Of a stretch of DNA of 64,000 nucleotides, positions 19,236-29,678 are shown in pieces. The stretch is from Candidatus Cloacimonadota bacterium (GTDB lineage Bacteria; Cloacimonadota; Cloacimonadia; G963667145). Below the pieces are notes generated by a model. It did not search any database. It had not been told where the DNA came from and saw only the letters and a program-made list of their open reading frames with translations. The stretch is from the NCBI GenBank assembly GCA_963667255.1, contig OY762940.1:224001-288000 (forward strand). Reading direction: 5' to 3'. The first letter of the stretch is position 1, and every line of letters starts with the position of its first letter. The translations under genes were made by a program, and so were the position numbers.

Positions 19236-19883
19236 TCATTTACCTTCCCTCACTCTCCTCACAAACTCCTCTATCAACTTCTCGCTTTTCACTTCGTCTT
19301 CTTCCACTCCACTGCTCACATCTACCGCCCAAGGTTGCAAGGTTTTTATTCCACTAATTACATTATCGGCGGTCAGACCGCCTGCCAAGACAAGCGGACA
19401 AGGAAAATCTATGCTCTTTGCCAACTGCCAATCAAAAATTTGCCCCAAGCCTCCGAACTGCTTTGCGGAAAATTTATCCAACAAGACAGCAGAAATATTT
19501 TTGGAAAAGCTACTCACATCTGGCAAACGATTTCCCCCAATTCGACAAGCTTTCCAAATAGAAACTCCCTTGCCGATTTTTTTTTGTAGCTCGTCAATGT
19601 AAGCGGAATCCTCATCGCCGTGCAATTGCACAACTTTCAGTCCGCAAGCAATTGCCTTTATGATGGTGAAATGCTCTTCGTTCACGAAAACCCCCACAGG
19701 GATAATTCGCTTGTCCAGTGCGAAAATCAACTCGGAAAGCAAAGCCAAAGAAACCTGCCGTTTGCTCCTTGCCAAGACAAATCCCGCAAAATCGGGCAAA
19801 TATTTGTTCAGAATTTGCACATCGGTAGCAGATTTTATTCCGCAAATTTTTATCTTGGTTTTAGGAATTTGGCTCATCATCAA
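19236..19883 (-). CDS. trpF: Phosphoribosylanthranilate isomerase
   Basis: KICGI, VQLHGDE, GGLGQIFDW, LAGGL, VDVSSGVE. Confidence 0.95.
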   Translation of the reverse strand: MMMSQIPKTKIKICGIKSATDVQILNKYLPDFAGFVLARSKRQVSLALLSELIFALDKRIIPVGVFVNEEHFTIIKAIACGLKVVQLHGDEDSAYIDELQKKIGKGVSIWKACRIGGNRLPDVSSFSKNISAVLLDKFSAKQFGGLGQIFDWQLAKSIDFPCPLVLAGGLTADNVISGIKTLQPWAVDVSSGVEEDEVKSEKLIEEFVRRVREGK

Positions 19884-20656
19884 CCCAAAATCTTTTTAAT
19901 ATCGCTTGTGTTTTTGGCTCTCATCAGAGTCTCTCCGACCAACACCGCATCAAAACCGCAATTTCGCAGTCGCACCATATCCTCAGCCGTTTTGATACCG
20001 CTCTCGCTAACTCGAACAAACTCGCTCGGAATGCTCGCTATCAGCTTTTCGCTGTGAGCAATATCGACCACGAATGTATCCAAATCGCGATTGTTCACTC
20101 CGATAATTTTCGCTCCACTTTGCATCGCCCTGTCAATCTCCGTCTCGTTGTGAGTCTCAAAAAGGACATCTAAACCAAGCTCGCTTGCCAGAGCATAAAA
20201 CCGCTTGACTTGTTCATCACTTAAAATCCGCATAATCAATAAAATACAATCGGCTTGCAAAAGTTTGCTTTGACAAATTTGATACTCGTCCACCATAAAA
20301 TCTTTTCGCAAAATCGGCAAATTTATCTTCGCTCTAATGTCCTGCAAAATCTCATCACTTCCCAGAAAAAAATCCTCTTCCGTGAGCACAGACACAGCCG
20401 AAGCCCCGTTCTCTTCGTAATTTTGAGCAATCTGCAAATAATCGAAATCGGCAGAAATAAGCCCTTTGGAGGGCGATGCCTTTTTCACTTCGGCGATAAC
20501 CGACAACTTGTCCTTACCTGCCAAAGCAGCTTGAAAAGATTTTTTTTGGGCAAAATCAACTCTGTCCAAATCTTTGATTAACTGGCTTAAACTCTTGTCA
20601 GCTTTGGCTTTCTCTATGCGGATTTTTTTGGCAGCTACGATTTTATCCAAAATCAT
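19880..20656 (-). CDS. trpC: Indole-3-glycerol phosphate synthase
   Basis: IAEVKKASPSKG, LRKDF, GVNNRDL, SESGI. Confidence 0.95.
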   Translation of the reverse strand: MILDKIVAAKKIRIEKAKADKSLSQLIKDLDRVDFAQKKSFQAALAGKDKLSVIAEVKKASPSKGLISADFDYLQIAQNYEENGASAVSVLTEEDFFLGSDEILQDIRAKINLPILRKDFMVDEYQICQSKLLQADCILLIMRILSDEQVKRFYALASELGLDVLFETHNETEIDRAMQSGAKIIGVNNRDLDTFVVDIAHSEKLIASIPSEFVRVSESGIKTAEDMVRLRNCGFDAVLVGETLMRAKNTSDIKKILG

Positions 20657-20659
20657 CGG

Positions 20660-21676
20660 CTACACCTCGTTGGAGCATTTTATGAAATTGTCCAAAACTT
20701 CCACTGCTTTTTTGTTATCTATCACCTCTCTGGCTTTGGCGATTCCCTCGGCAATATCTTTGGCAAAACCTGCCACATAGATAGCCACTCCCGCATTCAG
20801 AAGAACGATGTCGCTCTTTGCTCCCTTATCGCCATTCAAAATTCCTCGCAAAATTTTGGCATTCTCATCAGGAGTGCCACCAAGCAAATCTTCCAATTTG
20901 CACAAAGAAAATCCGTAATCCTCTGGATTTATCTCGTATTCGCTGATTTTGTCGTTGTTCAGCTCCGCCACATAAGTTTTGCCGGTGAGAGTAATTTCGT
21001 CCATTCCATCACAGCCACTAACCACCATCGCTTTTTTTATGCCCAATTTTTTGAGCACATTTATCACTTTCGGTATCAAATTTTTGTCGAAAACCCCCAT
21101 CAGATGCACATTCGCTTTGGCTGGATTTGCCAGAGGTCCCAAAATATTGAATACTGTTCTGAAAGGCAAATCTCGGCGAATTCCCCCAACATTTTTCATA
21201 GAAGAGTGGTATTTCATCGCAAAAATGAAGCCGACTTTGGTCTTCTTGATACATTGAAAAACCTGCTTTTCATCAAGAGAGATATTCGCCCCCAAGCTCT
21301 CCAAAACATCGGCAGCTCCCGATTTGCTGGTCATCGCCTTGTTGCCGTGCTTGGCGATATTTATCCCATTGGCAGCCAAAATGAACATCACCGAAGTGGA
21401 GATATTGAAAGTGTTTATGCCGTCGCCACCAGTTCCGCAAGTGTCCATCAAAACATCAAACTCACTGCCGTCCACCGACAAAGCATTCTCCCTCAGCACT
21501 TTAGCAAAAGCGAAAATCTCCTCAACCGTCTCTTCTTTCATCTTCAGAGCAGTGAGAAAAGCCGAAATCTTAATCGCACTAACCTCGCCTCGCATTATCG
21601 CCTGCATACATTCATAACTTTCTTCAAAAGTCAAATCCTGCCCATTCGACAGCTTTTTCAAACATTTATCAATCAT
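20660..21676 (-). CDS. trpD: Anthranilate phosphoribosyltransferase
   Basis: DTCGTGGDG..TFNIST, KHGN, RTVFNILGPLANP. Confidence 0.95.
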   Translation of the reverse strand: MIDKCLKKLSNGQDLTFEESYECMQAIMRGEVSAIKISAFLTALKMKEETVEEIFAFAKVLRENALSVDGSEFDVLMDTCGTGGDGINTFNISTSVMFILAANGINIAKHGNKAMTSKSGAADVLESLGANISLDEKQVFQCIKKTKVGFIFAMKYHSSMKNVGGIRRDLPFRTVFNILGPLANPAKANVHLMGVFDKNLIPKVINVLKKLGIKKAMVVSGCDGMDEITLTGKTYVAELNNDKISEYEINPEDYGFSLCKLEDLLGGTPDENAKILRGILNGDKGAKSDIVLLNAGVAIYVAGFAKDIAEGIAKAREVIDNKKAVEVLDNFIKCSNEV

Positions 21677-21688
21677 CTTGGCTCTCCT

Positions 21689-22456
21689 TTATTGCAAATT
21701 GCTCAAAAATTTATCCACAGCCTGCAAACCTTCGCTCTCCAACACATTCAAAATTTTACTGCCGATAATGGCAATGTCAGCCACACCCGCAAGTTTTTGC
21801 ACATCATCTTTGCAAGAAATCCCAAAACCCACGGCAACATTTTTATCAATCTTCGTCTTCAGCTCTTTAATTTTCTCCAAAACATCTGTGTCAAAATTGG
21901 TTTTTTGCCCTGTAACTCCCTTTCTGGGAACATAATAGATAAATCCGCCACATTCGGTTGCAATCTCTTGCATTCGCTCACTCTTGGTGTAAGCGGTGGC
22001 AAGCCCAACGGCATCAATTCCATTTTCAGAGCAAATAGTGAAAAAATCCTTAGCATCATCGATGGGAGCATCAGGCACAATCAAGCCTTTCACTCCGATT
22101 TCTCGGCACTTCTTGGCAAAATTTTCCACACCAAACTTGTAAACAATGTTGAAATAGGTCATAAACAAAAAAGGCAAATCGGGATATTTTTTCACCATCT
22201 TCGCCATAAATTCCAAACATTGCACCACCTTCACTCCGCTCTCCACAGCGGTTTGATTGGCTTTCATAAAGATTGGACCATCAGCTACCGGATCGGAAAA
22301 AGGAATCTGCAATTCGACCAAATCCACTCCATTTTTATGAAAAAGCTCAATCACTTTTTCGTTCGCCTCAAAAGACGGATAACCCAAAATCTGATGAGTC
22401 ATCAGCAAAATATCTTTGCTCTTTTTCTTCTCATTTATATAATTTTCAAGATTCAT
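21689..22456 (-). CDS. trpA: Tryptophan synthase alpha subunit
   Basis: ELQIPFSDPVADGP, GVTG, VGFGI. Confidence 0.95.
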   Translation of the reverse strand: MNLENYINEKKKSKDILLMTHQILGYPSFEANEKVIELFHKNGVDLVELQIPFSDPVADGPIFMKANQTAVESGVKVVQCLEFMAKMVKKYPDLPFLFMTYFNIVYKFGVENFAKKCREIGVKGLIVPDAPIDDAKDFFTICSENGIDAVGLATAYTKSERMQEIATECGGFIYYVPRKGVTGQKTNFDTDVLEKIKELKTKIDKNVAVGFGISCKDDVQKLAGVADIAIIGSKILNVLESEGLQAVDKFLSNLQ

Positions 22457-23687
22457 AAGACTGCCCTCTGTCTTTCACAAATTTTTTCCAAACCTTATCG
22501 TCAAGTGCTTCGCCGATGTTGAAAATATCCTTGTCGCCTCTGCCGGACATATTCACTATCACGAGGTCGTCCTTGCTCGTTTGCTCTATCTCGGCAAAAA
22601 GCCCTGCAAAGGCATGAGTGGATTCCAAAGCAGGAATCAAGCCCTCTTTGCCCATCACCAACTTGAAAGCCTCTATCACTTGCACATCAGTTGCCGCACA
22701 CACTCTCACTTTATTCTCTTCCGCCAAATGAGAAATAATCGGCGACACTCCCACATAGTCAAGCCCTGCGGCGATGCTCCAAGTATCCTTCATTTGTCCG
22801 TCGTCGTCCTGCAAAAACAAAGTTTTGTAGCCTTGGGAAATTCCGCTCGTTCCACATGGATAAGCAATTCTTGCCGCATGCATTCCCGATTTTTCGCCAA
22901 GACCTCCAGCTTCCACAGCCACAAGTTCCGTTTTGTCCTCGTGCAGATATTCGTAAAAAGAGCCCATAGCATTGGAGCCACCGCCCAAGCAAGCATAAAC
23001 TCTGCTCGGCAATCTATTTTCCAACTCCATAATCTGCCGTTTACTCTCCTTGCTAATTACCGATTGAAAATAGCTGACCATCTCAGGAAAAGGCTTTGGA
23101 CCGCAAGCAGTCCCCAAAACATAATGAGTGGTGTCAAAATTGGTTGCCCAGTCTCGCAAAGCCTCGTTGATAGCATCTTTGAGAGTTGCCGTTCCGCTCT
23201 CCACAGGGATAACCTCCGCACCAAGTTGCTTCATCCAAAACACATTCGGATATTGCCGCTTCACATCTTCGCTACCCATATAAATCGTAGCTTTCAAGCC
23301 CATTTTGGCAGCCATTATACTCGTGGCAATACCGTGTTGACCAGCTCCAGTCTCGGCGATAACTCGCTTTTTGCCCAGCCTCTTTACCAAAAGCCCTTGC
23401 CCCAAAACATTGTTAATCTTGTGAGCACCGGAAACATTCAAATCTTCCCGCTTGATGTAAATCTTGGCTTTCCCAAAATGTGAAGTCAAATTTTCGGCAA
23501 AAGTTAGCGGGGTAGGTCTGCCCGAAAAATTTTGCAAGAGCCAATAAAACTCCTCAAAAAATTTGTCCGACTTCCTGATTTCCCTATAAATTCCCTCCAG
23601 CTCTTCCAAAGCAGGAACTAAAATTTCCGGCACAAATCGTCCGCCATATTCCCCAAAAAAGCCGTTTTGACTATCTACATAACTCAT
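22446..23687 (-). CDS. trpB: Tryptophan synthase beta subunit
   Basis: KREDL..GAHKINN, AETGAGQHG, SGRGDKD. Confidence 0.97.
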   Translation of the reverse strand: MSYVDSQNGFFGEYGGRFVPEILVPALEELEGIYREIRKSDKFFEEFYWLLQNFSGRPTPLTFAENLTSHFGKAKIYIKREDLNVSGAHKINNVLGQGLLVKRLGKKRVIAETGAGQHGIATSIMAAKMGLKATIYMGSEDVKRQYPNVFWMKQLGAEVIPVESGTATLKDAINEALRDWATNFDTTHYVLGTACGPKPFPEMVSYFQSVISKESKRQIMELENRLPSRVYACLGGGSNAMGSFYEYLHEDKTELVAVEAGGLGEKSGMHAARIAYPCGTSGISQGYKTLFLQDDDGQMKDTWSIAAGLDYVGVSPIISHLAEENKVRVCAATDVQVIEAFKLVMGKEGLIPALESTHAFAGLFAEIEQTSKDDLVIVNMSGRGDKDIFNIGEALDDKVWKKFVKDRGQSYES

Positions 23688-23714
23688 TTTAATAACTCCT
23701 TAAATTCTCTCGCT

Positions 23715-25532
23715 TTACGACAACAAATAGTCCAAAGCCTTCTTCATAATATCCTCGCCATGCTCCGTTAAGATAGACTCCACATGAAACTGGAAACTGA
23801 TAAAATCTTTCCCCTTCAGAGCAAAAATCTTGCCGTCCACATCTTTGGATATGGCAATATCTTGAATTTCGCCCTTGTCCATCGCAAAATAAGAGTTGTA
23901 AAAACCGACCTTACTCCGCTCGCCAAACAAATCTATCTCCTTTTGCATACCTTGAAAAGGAATAATCGATTTGGTCAACTCAAATCCCAAAGCACCCGAC
24001 AAAATCTGATGCCCAAGACAAATCCCCAAAATCTTTTGCCCATTATCCAGCAAATCGCTTACAATGCTGTAAAGCATCCTCATCTTATCGTGATTTAGAT
24101 TGTTCGGGTCGCCCGGACCAGGACCAACAATCGTCAGAGCAAACCTCTCATCGTAAACATAATCTTTGAACCTAACCACCGTCGTTTTGTAGCCCAGCGA
24201 CTGCAAAATATGCCTTATCATATAGATAAAATCGTCCTCGTTGTCAATCAGCAAAATCTCCTTATCCTGATTTTTGCTTTCGGCTTTTTTGCTCGGCTTC
24301 ATCCAAAATTTCGACAAATATTTGTTCCGAGCCTGCATCTTGCCCAAAATCTCCTCATCTACCACCGACGGCAACAGCACTTCCCGTTTGGAAGTCCCAG
24401 CAATCGCATTCATCAGCCCCTGAGCCTTGGCTTGTATCTCCTTGCACTCCAGCTCTGGAACAGAATCTCGCACAATGCTCGCTCCAGTTTGAATGGAAAA
24501 TCTGCCATTTTTCTCAATCTCCACCGTCCTGATGGTAATGGCACTATCCAGAAAATCTTTGCCCTTTTCGTCCTTACCAAACGAACAAATCACACTCGAG
24601 TAGTATCGTCGTGAAGAACTCTCATATTTGGTGATAATCCTCGCCGCATTCTCCAGAGGACTGCCCACCATCGTCGCCGCATAGAGGCTCTCCCGCAGAC
24701 TGGCAAAAATATCCTTCGTCCCTTGACCTTCCAGCAAATATTCCGTATGAATAACCGTCGCCATCTCCTTGAGCAGTGGACCGATTACCTTGCCTTCCTT
24801 GGGACAAAGCTTGCAAATAATCTTCAATTCCTCGTCCACCACCTGAAAAAGTTCGTTAATCTCCTTGGGATTTTCGATAAAATCTTTCAGCCTATTTTTG
24901 AACTCGCCATCATTCTTTTTAGGAAGAGTTCCGCAAATCGGATTCATATAAGTTTTGGAATCGCCGATACTCAAATGCCTCTCGGGAGATGCACCCACGA
25001 AAACATTTTTCCCCGTGTAAAAGATGAAATTCCAATAACTTCCGATTTCGTTCTCCACCAATCTTTTGAAAATAGACAGCACATGAGAGGGCGAATAGTC
25101 CTTGATTTTCCCGAAAAATTTCCTCGACATCAAGAAGTTAGAACCCTCGCCGTTCTTTATCTCGTCCTCAATCACTCTCTTCACAATCTCCATAAACTCT
25201 TCGTCCGTGATATTGGAAAAAATTCCGCCATCAACGAACACTTGCACCTCGTCAATCTGAGAACATAACTCTTCGGGAGTAGTGGAAAATTTGTCCTCAA
25301 TCAGCAACGACAAAATCTTTTCTTGCCCGTCTATCACCGCAAAACCTCGCTCGGACATTTGCTTGTATGGCAACAAACTAATATAATTCACTCCGCTTTT
25401 GTCTATCGGAGGAAGCTGGTCAATTTTCTCAAATTTGGCAATTTTCCCAGTAAAAATATCGACCTTTTCGCCCTTGTTCACAATGCAAAAAGGCTTCTCA
25501 AATAAGTTCAACAAATCTTGTTTGGTTTTCAT
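23715..25532 (-). CDS. trpE: Fused anthranilate synthase component I+II (PhzE/TrpE(G)-type)
   Basis: GASPERH, MNPICGT, KEINELFQVVDEELK, HTEY, GSPLENA in the chorismate domain; GPGPGDP, GICLGHQ, FQFHVES in the glutamine amidotransferase domain. Confidence 0.85.
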   Translation of the reverse strand: MKTKQDLLNLFEKPFCIVNKGEKVDIFTGKIAKFEKIDQLPPIDKSGVNYISLLPYKQMSERGFAVIDGQEKILSLLIEDKFSTTPEELCSQIDEVQVFVDGGIFSNITDEEFMEIVKRVIEDEIKNGEGSNFLMSRKFFGKIKDYSPSHVLSIFKRLVENEIGSYWNFIFYTGKNVFVGASPERHLSIGDSKTYMNPICGTLPKKNDGEFKNRLKDFIENPKEINELFQVVDEELKIICKLCPKEGKVIGPLLKEMATVIHTEYLLEGQGTKDIFASLRESLYAATMVGSPLENAARIITKYESSSRRYYSSVICSFGKDEKGKDFLDSAITIRTVEIEKNGRFSIQTGASIVRDSVPELECKEIQAKAQGLMNAIAGTSKREVLLPSVVDEEILGKMQARNKYLSKFWMKPSKKAESKNQDKEILLIDNEDDFIYMIRHILQSLGYKTTVVRFKDYVYDERFALTIVGPGPGDPNNLNHDKMRMLYSIVSDLLDNGQKILGICLGHQILSGALGFELTKSIIPFQGMQKEIDLFGERSKVGFYNSYFAMDKGEIQDIAISKDVDGKIFALKGKDFISFQFHVESILTEHGEDIMKKALDYLLS

Positions 25533-26217
25533 ATATAATCCCCAAGTCAATATCGCATAATTGCGACTCAACTACTCTATAACTTTCTATTTTTGTGTGT
25601 CTTAAAACGATTTAGAATAAAAATCGCCAACGAAATTGCCAAACGACATTGGTAGTCGCTTCGCAAGAAATGAATTTCAGAATTTTTTCAAGATTTTCGC
25701 AATCTTTAGATAAAAATAAAATCATGGGAGAAGCCTTTGTGTCAAGCTGCTGGAAGTCAAGAAAAAATTGAGATTAGTTGTAAGATTCCAATTCATCTTG
25801 GGAAATATGTTGACAGGAAAAAGAGCTAAAACTCTTAAATAAGAAAATAAATTATAGCAGAAATTTTATTCAATAAACACAAATCCCAAAAGACAATCTC
25901 GCTCCCAATTAAAATATCTTTTGACTAAAATTTTGAAAATTCTATATTGTGGACAAAACAAAGGAAGTATATATGCAATTGCGTTTAGCCCACCAATTTG
26001 GAAGGATAAATACCATTGAGTTTATACAAATGTTGTGTTTCATGCAAGGAGAGACAGTACAACTAAAGTCAACGCACATTTGGCACATTTGCAAGCCGCC
26101 CAAACTCACAAGCTGACGCTTCAGCTTTCAAAAGAGCCAAATTTTTGCCGACACACAATCATAGATTATCAAATATTATTAATAGCAATTAGAATTATAA
26201 ACTTTTTATACTTACCT

Positions 26218-26235
26218 TTGACTAAAATAAGTCAA
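26218..26235. promoter_or_regulatory. Inverted repeat resembling an RM controller-protein operator (C-box)
   Basis: TTGACT-AAAATA-AGTCAA, 16 bp upstream of the XRE gene start. Confidence 0.55.
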
Positions 26236-26251
26236 GTCCAAATTTGGTAAA

Positions 26252-26542
26252 ATGACACTAGTACAAAAAATTAAAGAATTAAGAGAAGCATAAGGAATGT
26301 TTCAAAGGCAAATATCGTCAATATTAGAGATGGGTGATGGTTTTTTGAGTAAAGTTGAAAGCGACAGAAAACCATTAAAAAGAGAACATCTAAAGACTTT
26401 GAGCGAAACACTTGATTGCTCTTATGCAGAGTTGGAAGCTTTATGGATAGGAACAAAAATATATGACATAGTAAAAGATGAGGATGAAGCTTTAAATGCA
26501 ATAAAAGTTGCAGAGGAGCAAGTGAAATATCATAAAAGGTAA
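26252..26542 (+). pseudogene. XRE-family HTH regulator (RM controller-like) with a premature TAA at codon 14
   Basis: ATG 26252 MTLVQKIKELREA*GMFQRQISSILEMGDGFLSKVESDRKP. The track ORF from 26297 lacks HTH helix 1. Confidence 0.75.
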
Positions 26543-26544
26543 GA

Positions 26545-27597
26545 ATGAAGTATTGTCTATATAAAAAGGAAAAGAAAGAAATAGTTCCCGTTAAAGATAG
26601 AGAACAAATAAAACTTGCTAAGGAGAGGTTGCAAGAATTATTTGGACAAAGGAACACACTTAGAATCCCAAGTAGATTTATTGAGTCTTGGGAGAATGTT
26701 GCTCTATTTCAAACTAATGGAGATGTTAAGAAAGCAAATGCAATATTGTTTCCAGAAGAAAAATCTGCATTTGCATTGAATAATTTGCTTAATGATTTAA
26801 CAGCAAAAGAATGGTTACCTGAAACGGTCACCGTGTTCAGTCAAAAAGGACTTGGTGCTGGAAACAAGGATGCACAAATTGAAAAACAACACCCTGCACC
26901 TTATTCTTTTCAGGATGTTGCAAGATTAATTCAGTTTTACTCTAAAGAAAAGGATAGAGTACTAGACCCATTTTCAGGTGTTGCATCCTCTGTTAAAGCA
27001 TGTGCATTTAGCAATAGAGAAGGATACGGGATTGAATTGAATCCCAAATACCATGATTTAGGTGTATTGAGAATTGAACAAGAAGTACCTGATGATGTTA
27101 AGGGGAAAATAATACAGACATTAATAAATGGGAATAGTGTAGATGAAATTAAAAAGTTTAAAAATGATTTCTTTGACTTTATAGTAACTAGTCCACCTTA
27201 TTGGAATATTTTAGAAACTGTTGACCACAAAGGTAAAGAACGAATTGAAAATGAATTAGACCACAAATACAGTGAAAATGAGGAGGACTTAGCAAATATT
27301 GAAGATTATAAAGAGTTTTTGAAAACGCTATCAGGTTTCTTTAACTCATGTTCTAAAATACTTAAGAAAGGAAAGTATATGTGTGTTGTTGTTAGTGATT
27401 TTAGAAAAAAAGACAAATACTACACATTCCATGCAGACCTTGCAAATGCAATTGAAAAGAGAGGCAATTTCGTATTAAAAGGTGTTAGGATTTTATACCA
27501 GCGTCATAAAGGAATTTATCCATATGGATATCCATTTTCATTTGTTCCTAACATGCATCATCAAAATGTTTTGATTTTCCAAAATATAAAAAAGTAA
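26545..27597 (+). CDS. DNA methyltransferase, probably N4-cytosine (SPPY)
   Basis: HPAPY, VLDPFSGVAS (motif I) precedes IVTSPPYW (motif IV). Confidence 0.85.
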   Translation: MKYCLYKKEKKEIVPVKDREQIKLAKERLQELFGQRNTLRIPSRFIESWENVALFQTNGDVKKANAILFPEEKSAFALNNLLNDLTAKEWLPETVTVFSQKGLGAGNKDAQIEKQHPAPYSFQDVARLIQFYSKEKDRVLDPFSGVASSVKACAFSNREGYGIELNPKYHDLGVLRIEQEVPDDVKGKIIQTLINGNSVDEIKKFKNDFFDFIVTSPPYWNILETVDHKGKERIENELDHKYSENEEDLANIEDYKEFLKTLSGFFNSCSKILKKGKYMCVVVSDFRKKDKYYTFHADLANAIEKRGNFVLKGVRILYQRHKGIYPYGYPFSFVPNMHHQNVLIFQNIKK

Positions 27598-28409
27598 TGA
27601 TAGATATAAACAAAATCCATGCTGGAGATTGCATCAAAAAAATGCAAGAGATAGAGAACGAATCTGTTGATTTGATAATTGCTGACCCTCCTTATAATCT
27701 TAAAAAAGATTTTGGAAATTCTTCCGACATTTGGGATGATGTAAATGAATGGGTAAGCTGGTCAAAACAATGGATTGATGTTGCTATAAGCAAATTGAAA
27801 CCAACAGGTTCTATTTTTATTTATGGAATTCATCATTATTTATGCTACTTACAGGTTCATTTGTATAAGCGAGATATGAAATATCGAAGACAGATTATCT
27901 GGCATTATGAAAACAGTTTCTCTGGTTATAAAAATGCTCCATCAGCAAACTATGAACCAATATTGTGGTTTTCAAAATCTGACAATTACACCTATCATCA
28001 GATACGAGAGCCCTATAAAAGTACCGAGAGATTGAAAAATAAAATAACTAAAAATGAAAAAGTTTGGACGCCACACCCTGATGGTAAACATGCAGGTGAT
28101 GTTTGGAATATTCCTGTTTTGGCTGGTAAAAGATTTTCTTATGAAAAAGTAGACCACCCTACACAAAAACCTTTAGCCATTTGTGATAGGCTAATAAAAC
28201 ATTTTTCCAATGAGGGAGAATTAGTGCTTGTACCATTTGCTGGGTCTGGCAGTGAATGTGTAAGTGCAATTAAGAATAATCGCAATTTTATTGCTTTCGA
28301 GAAAAACAAAGAATATATAAAAATCGCTAATCAACGATTATTAGAACTAAACAGCCAGAGTATTTCTGAAAATCATAATCTAACAAATAGTATATTTGTC
28401 GAAATGTAA
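27597..28409 (+). CDS. Beta-class amino DNA methyltransferase, probably N6-adenine (DPPY)
   Basis: IIADPPYN ... DVW ... HPTQKP ... VPFAGSGS. Confidence 0.9.
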   Translation: MIDINKIHAGDCIKKMQEIENESVDLIIADPPYNLKKDFGNSSDIWDDVNEWVSWSKQWIDVAISKLKPTGSIFIYGIHHYLCYLQVHLYKRDMKYRRQIIWHYENSFSGYKNAPSANYEPILWFSKSDNYTYHQIREPYKSTERLKNKITKNEKVWTPHPDGKHAGDVWNIPVLAGKRFSYEKVDHPTQKPLAICDRLIKHFSNEGELVLVPFAGSGSECVSAIKNNRNFIAFEKNKEYIKIANQRLLELNSQSISENHNLTNSIFVEM

Positions 28410-28421
28410 TTTGGTAATACT

Positions 28422-29678
28422 ATGAAAAATTTCCCACATCAATTTAATGACTTAACAAAATTATATAATGCTTTAGTCTGCATCAAAGAACTTATAGAAG
28501 AAGAAGTTGCGTTAAAGGATGAGAATTTCGGAGAATTATTAACCAGAAAAGAAATTTATACTTATAGGGATAAAACCCTATCAATTGACGAGTTTTTAGA
28601 AGCAGAAGAACAGAAACCTAAAGCTAGTCGTGGTTACCTTACTGTTGCAAGAGATATTCGTAGACTTTTTCAATTACTAGGTTTTTTGATTGTTTACGAT
28701 GATAAATCAGGGAAACTGAGTCCACAAGCTATACAATTAATTTCAGCCAGTACAGAATCTATAAAAAAAGAATTATGGCAGAATTCATTTGTTCAATTAG
28801 GGCTTGAAGGAACAGATGGGGAAATAAGTCATCCATATCGTATTTTATTAAAATTAGTACAAGACAAATCTGGAATTGAGACTAAAAAACTAATGCTTGC
28901 TCTTGAAGCTGAAAATGATTCTGATGAAGAATATCAAAGAATTTTAGAGCTTTCAGATTTGACTTTTGAAAAAATACTAAAGACTACAGGCACCACTGAA
29001 TCAATGGCAAAGAATGCTGTGAAAATTTTGCCAGGCATTGCAGAGCAACTCCATGATATCGAAAGAAAAGGGAACTATTCTTTTTCTGTTGGAAATGTGA
29101 TAATAACAGAGGATGAAATTTCAACAGAAATTCCTGAAGAATCAACAAATCAAGATGGTGTCTTATACTCTCAATTTAGACAAGTTACATCTGACAATAT
29201 TGCTAAAGACCCCATTTTTAATACTGTTTCTTCCATAAGTATTGACCTTACAGAATCCATTAGAATAAGACAAAATCGTCTTGCCCTACATCAAGAAATT
29301 GTTAGACAACTAGGTTTGCTATGTGAACAAAAGGGATTTAACTTGTATGAAGGAAAATTTGATTGTTTATCCACAATTAATGACAATGCAATAGTTTTTG
29401 AGGTTAAAACTATCTTAGATTCGATGTCTGACCAAGAAAAGCAAACAATAAAAGGAGTTGGGCAATTAAAATATTATAAGTATTCAATTGTGCATAAACA
29501 AATGGGTTATGATAATATACGAGAAGTTTTAGTTTATTCGCAAAAACCTGCAAATAGTCTAATTGAGTTTTGTTCGAATGAAAATATCTCAATATTATGG
29601 ATAGAGAATGATATTTTCAAGATTTATGACACTGAAAATAATGCAGACATTGGTTTTGAGCCCAATAATATCATTTAA
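28422..29678 (+). CDS. Putative restriction endonuclease (C-terminal PD-(D/E)xK-like domain)
   Basis: HQEIV..L, FDCL....VFEVKT, GVGQLKYY; lies directly after two MTases. Confidence 0.65.
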   Translation: MKNFPHQFNDLTKLYNALVCIKELIEEEVALKDENFGELLTRKEIYTYRDKTLSIDEFLEAEEQKPKASRGYLTVARDIRRLFQLLGFLIVYDDKSGKLSPQAIQLISASTESIKKELWQNSFVQLGLEGTDGEISHPYRILLKLVQDKSGIETKKLMLALEAENDSDEEYQRILELSDLTFEKILKTTGTTESMAKNAVKILPGIAEQLHDIERKGNYSFSVGNVIITEDEISTEIPEESTNQDGVLYSQFRQVTSDNIAKDPIFNTVSSISIDLTESIRIRQNRLALHQEIVRQLGLLCEQKGFNLYEGKFDCLSTINDNAIVFEVKTILDSMSDQEKQTIKGVGQLKYYKYSIVHKQMGYDNIREVLVYSQKPANSLIEFCSNENISILWIENDIFKIYDTENNADIGFEPNNII

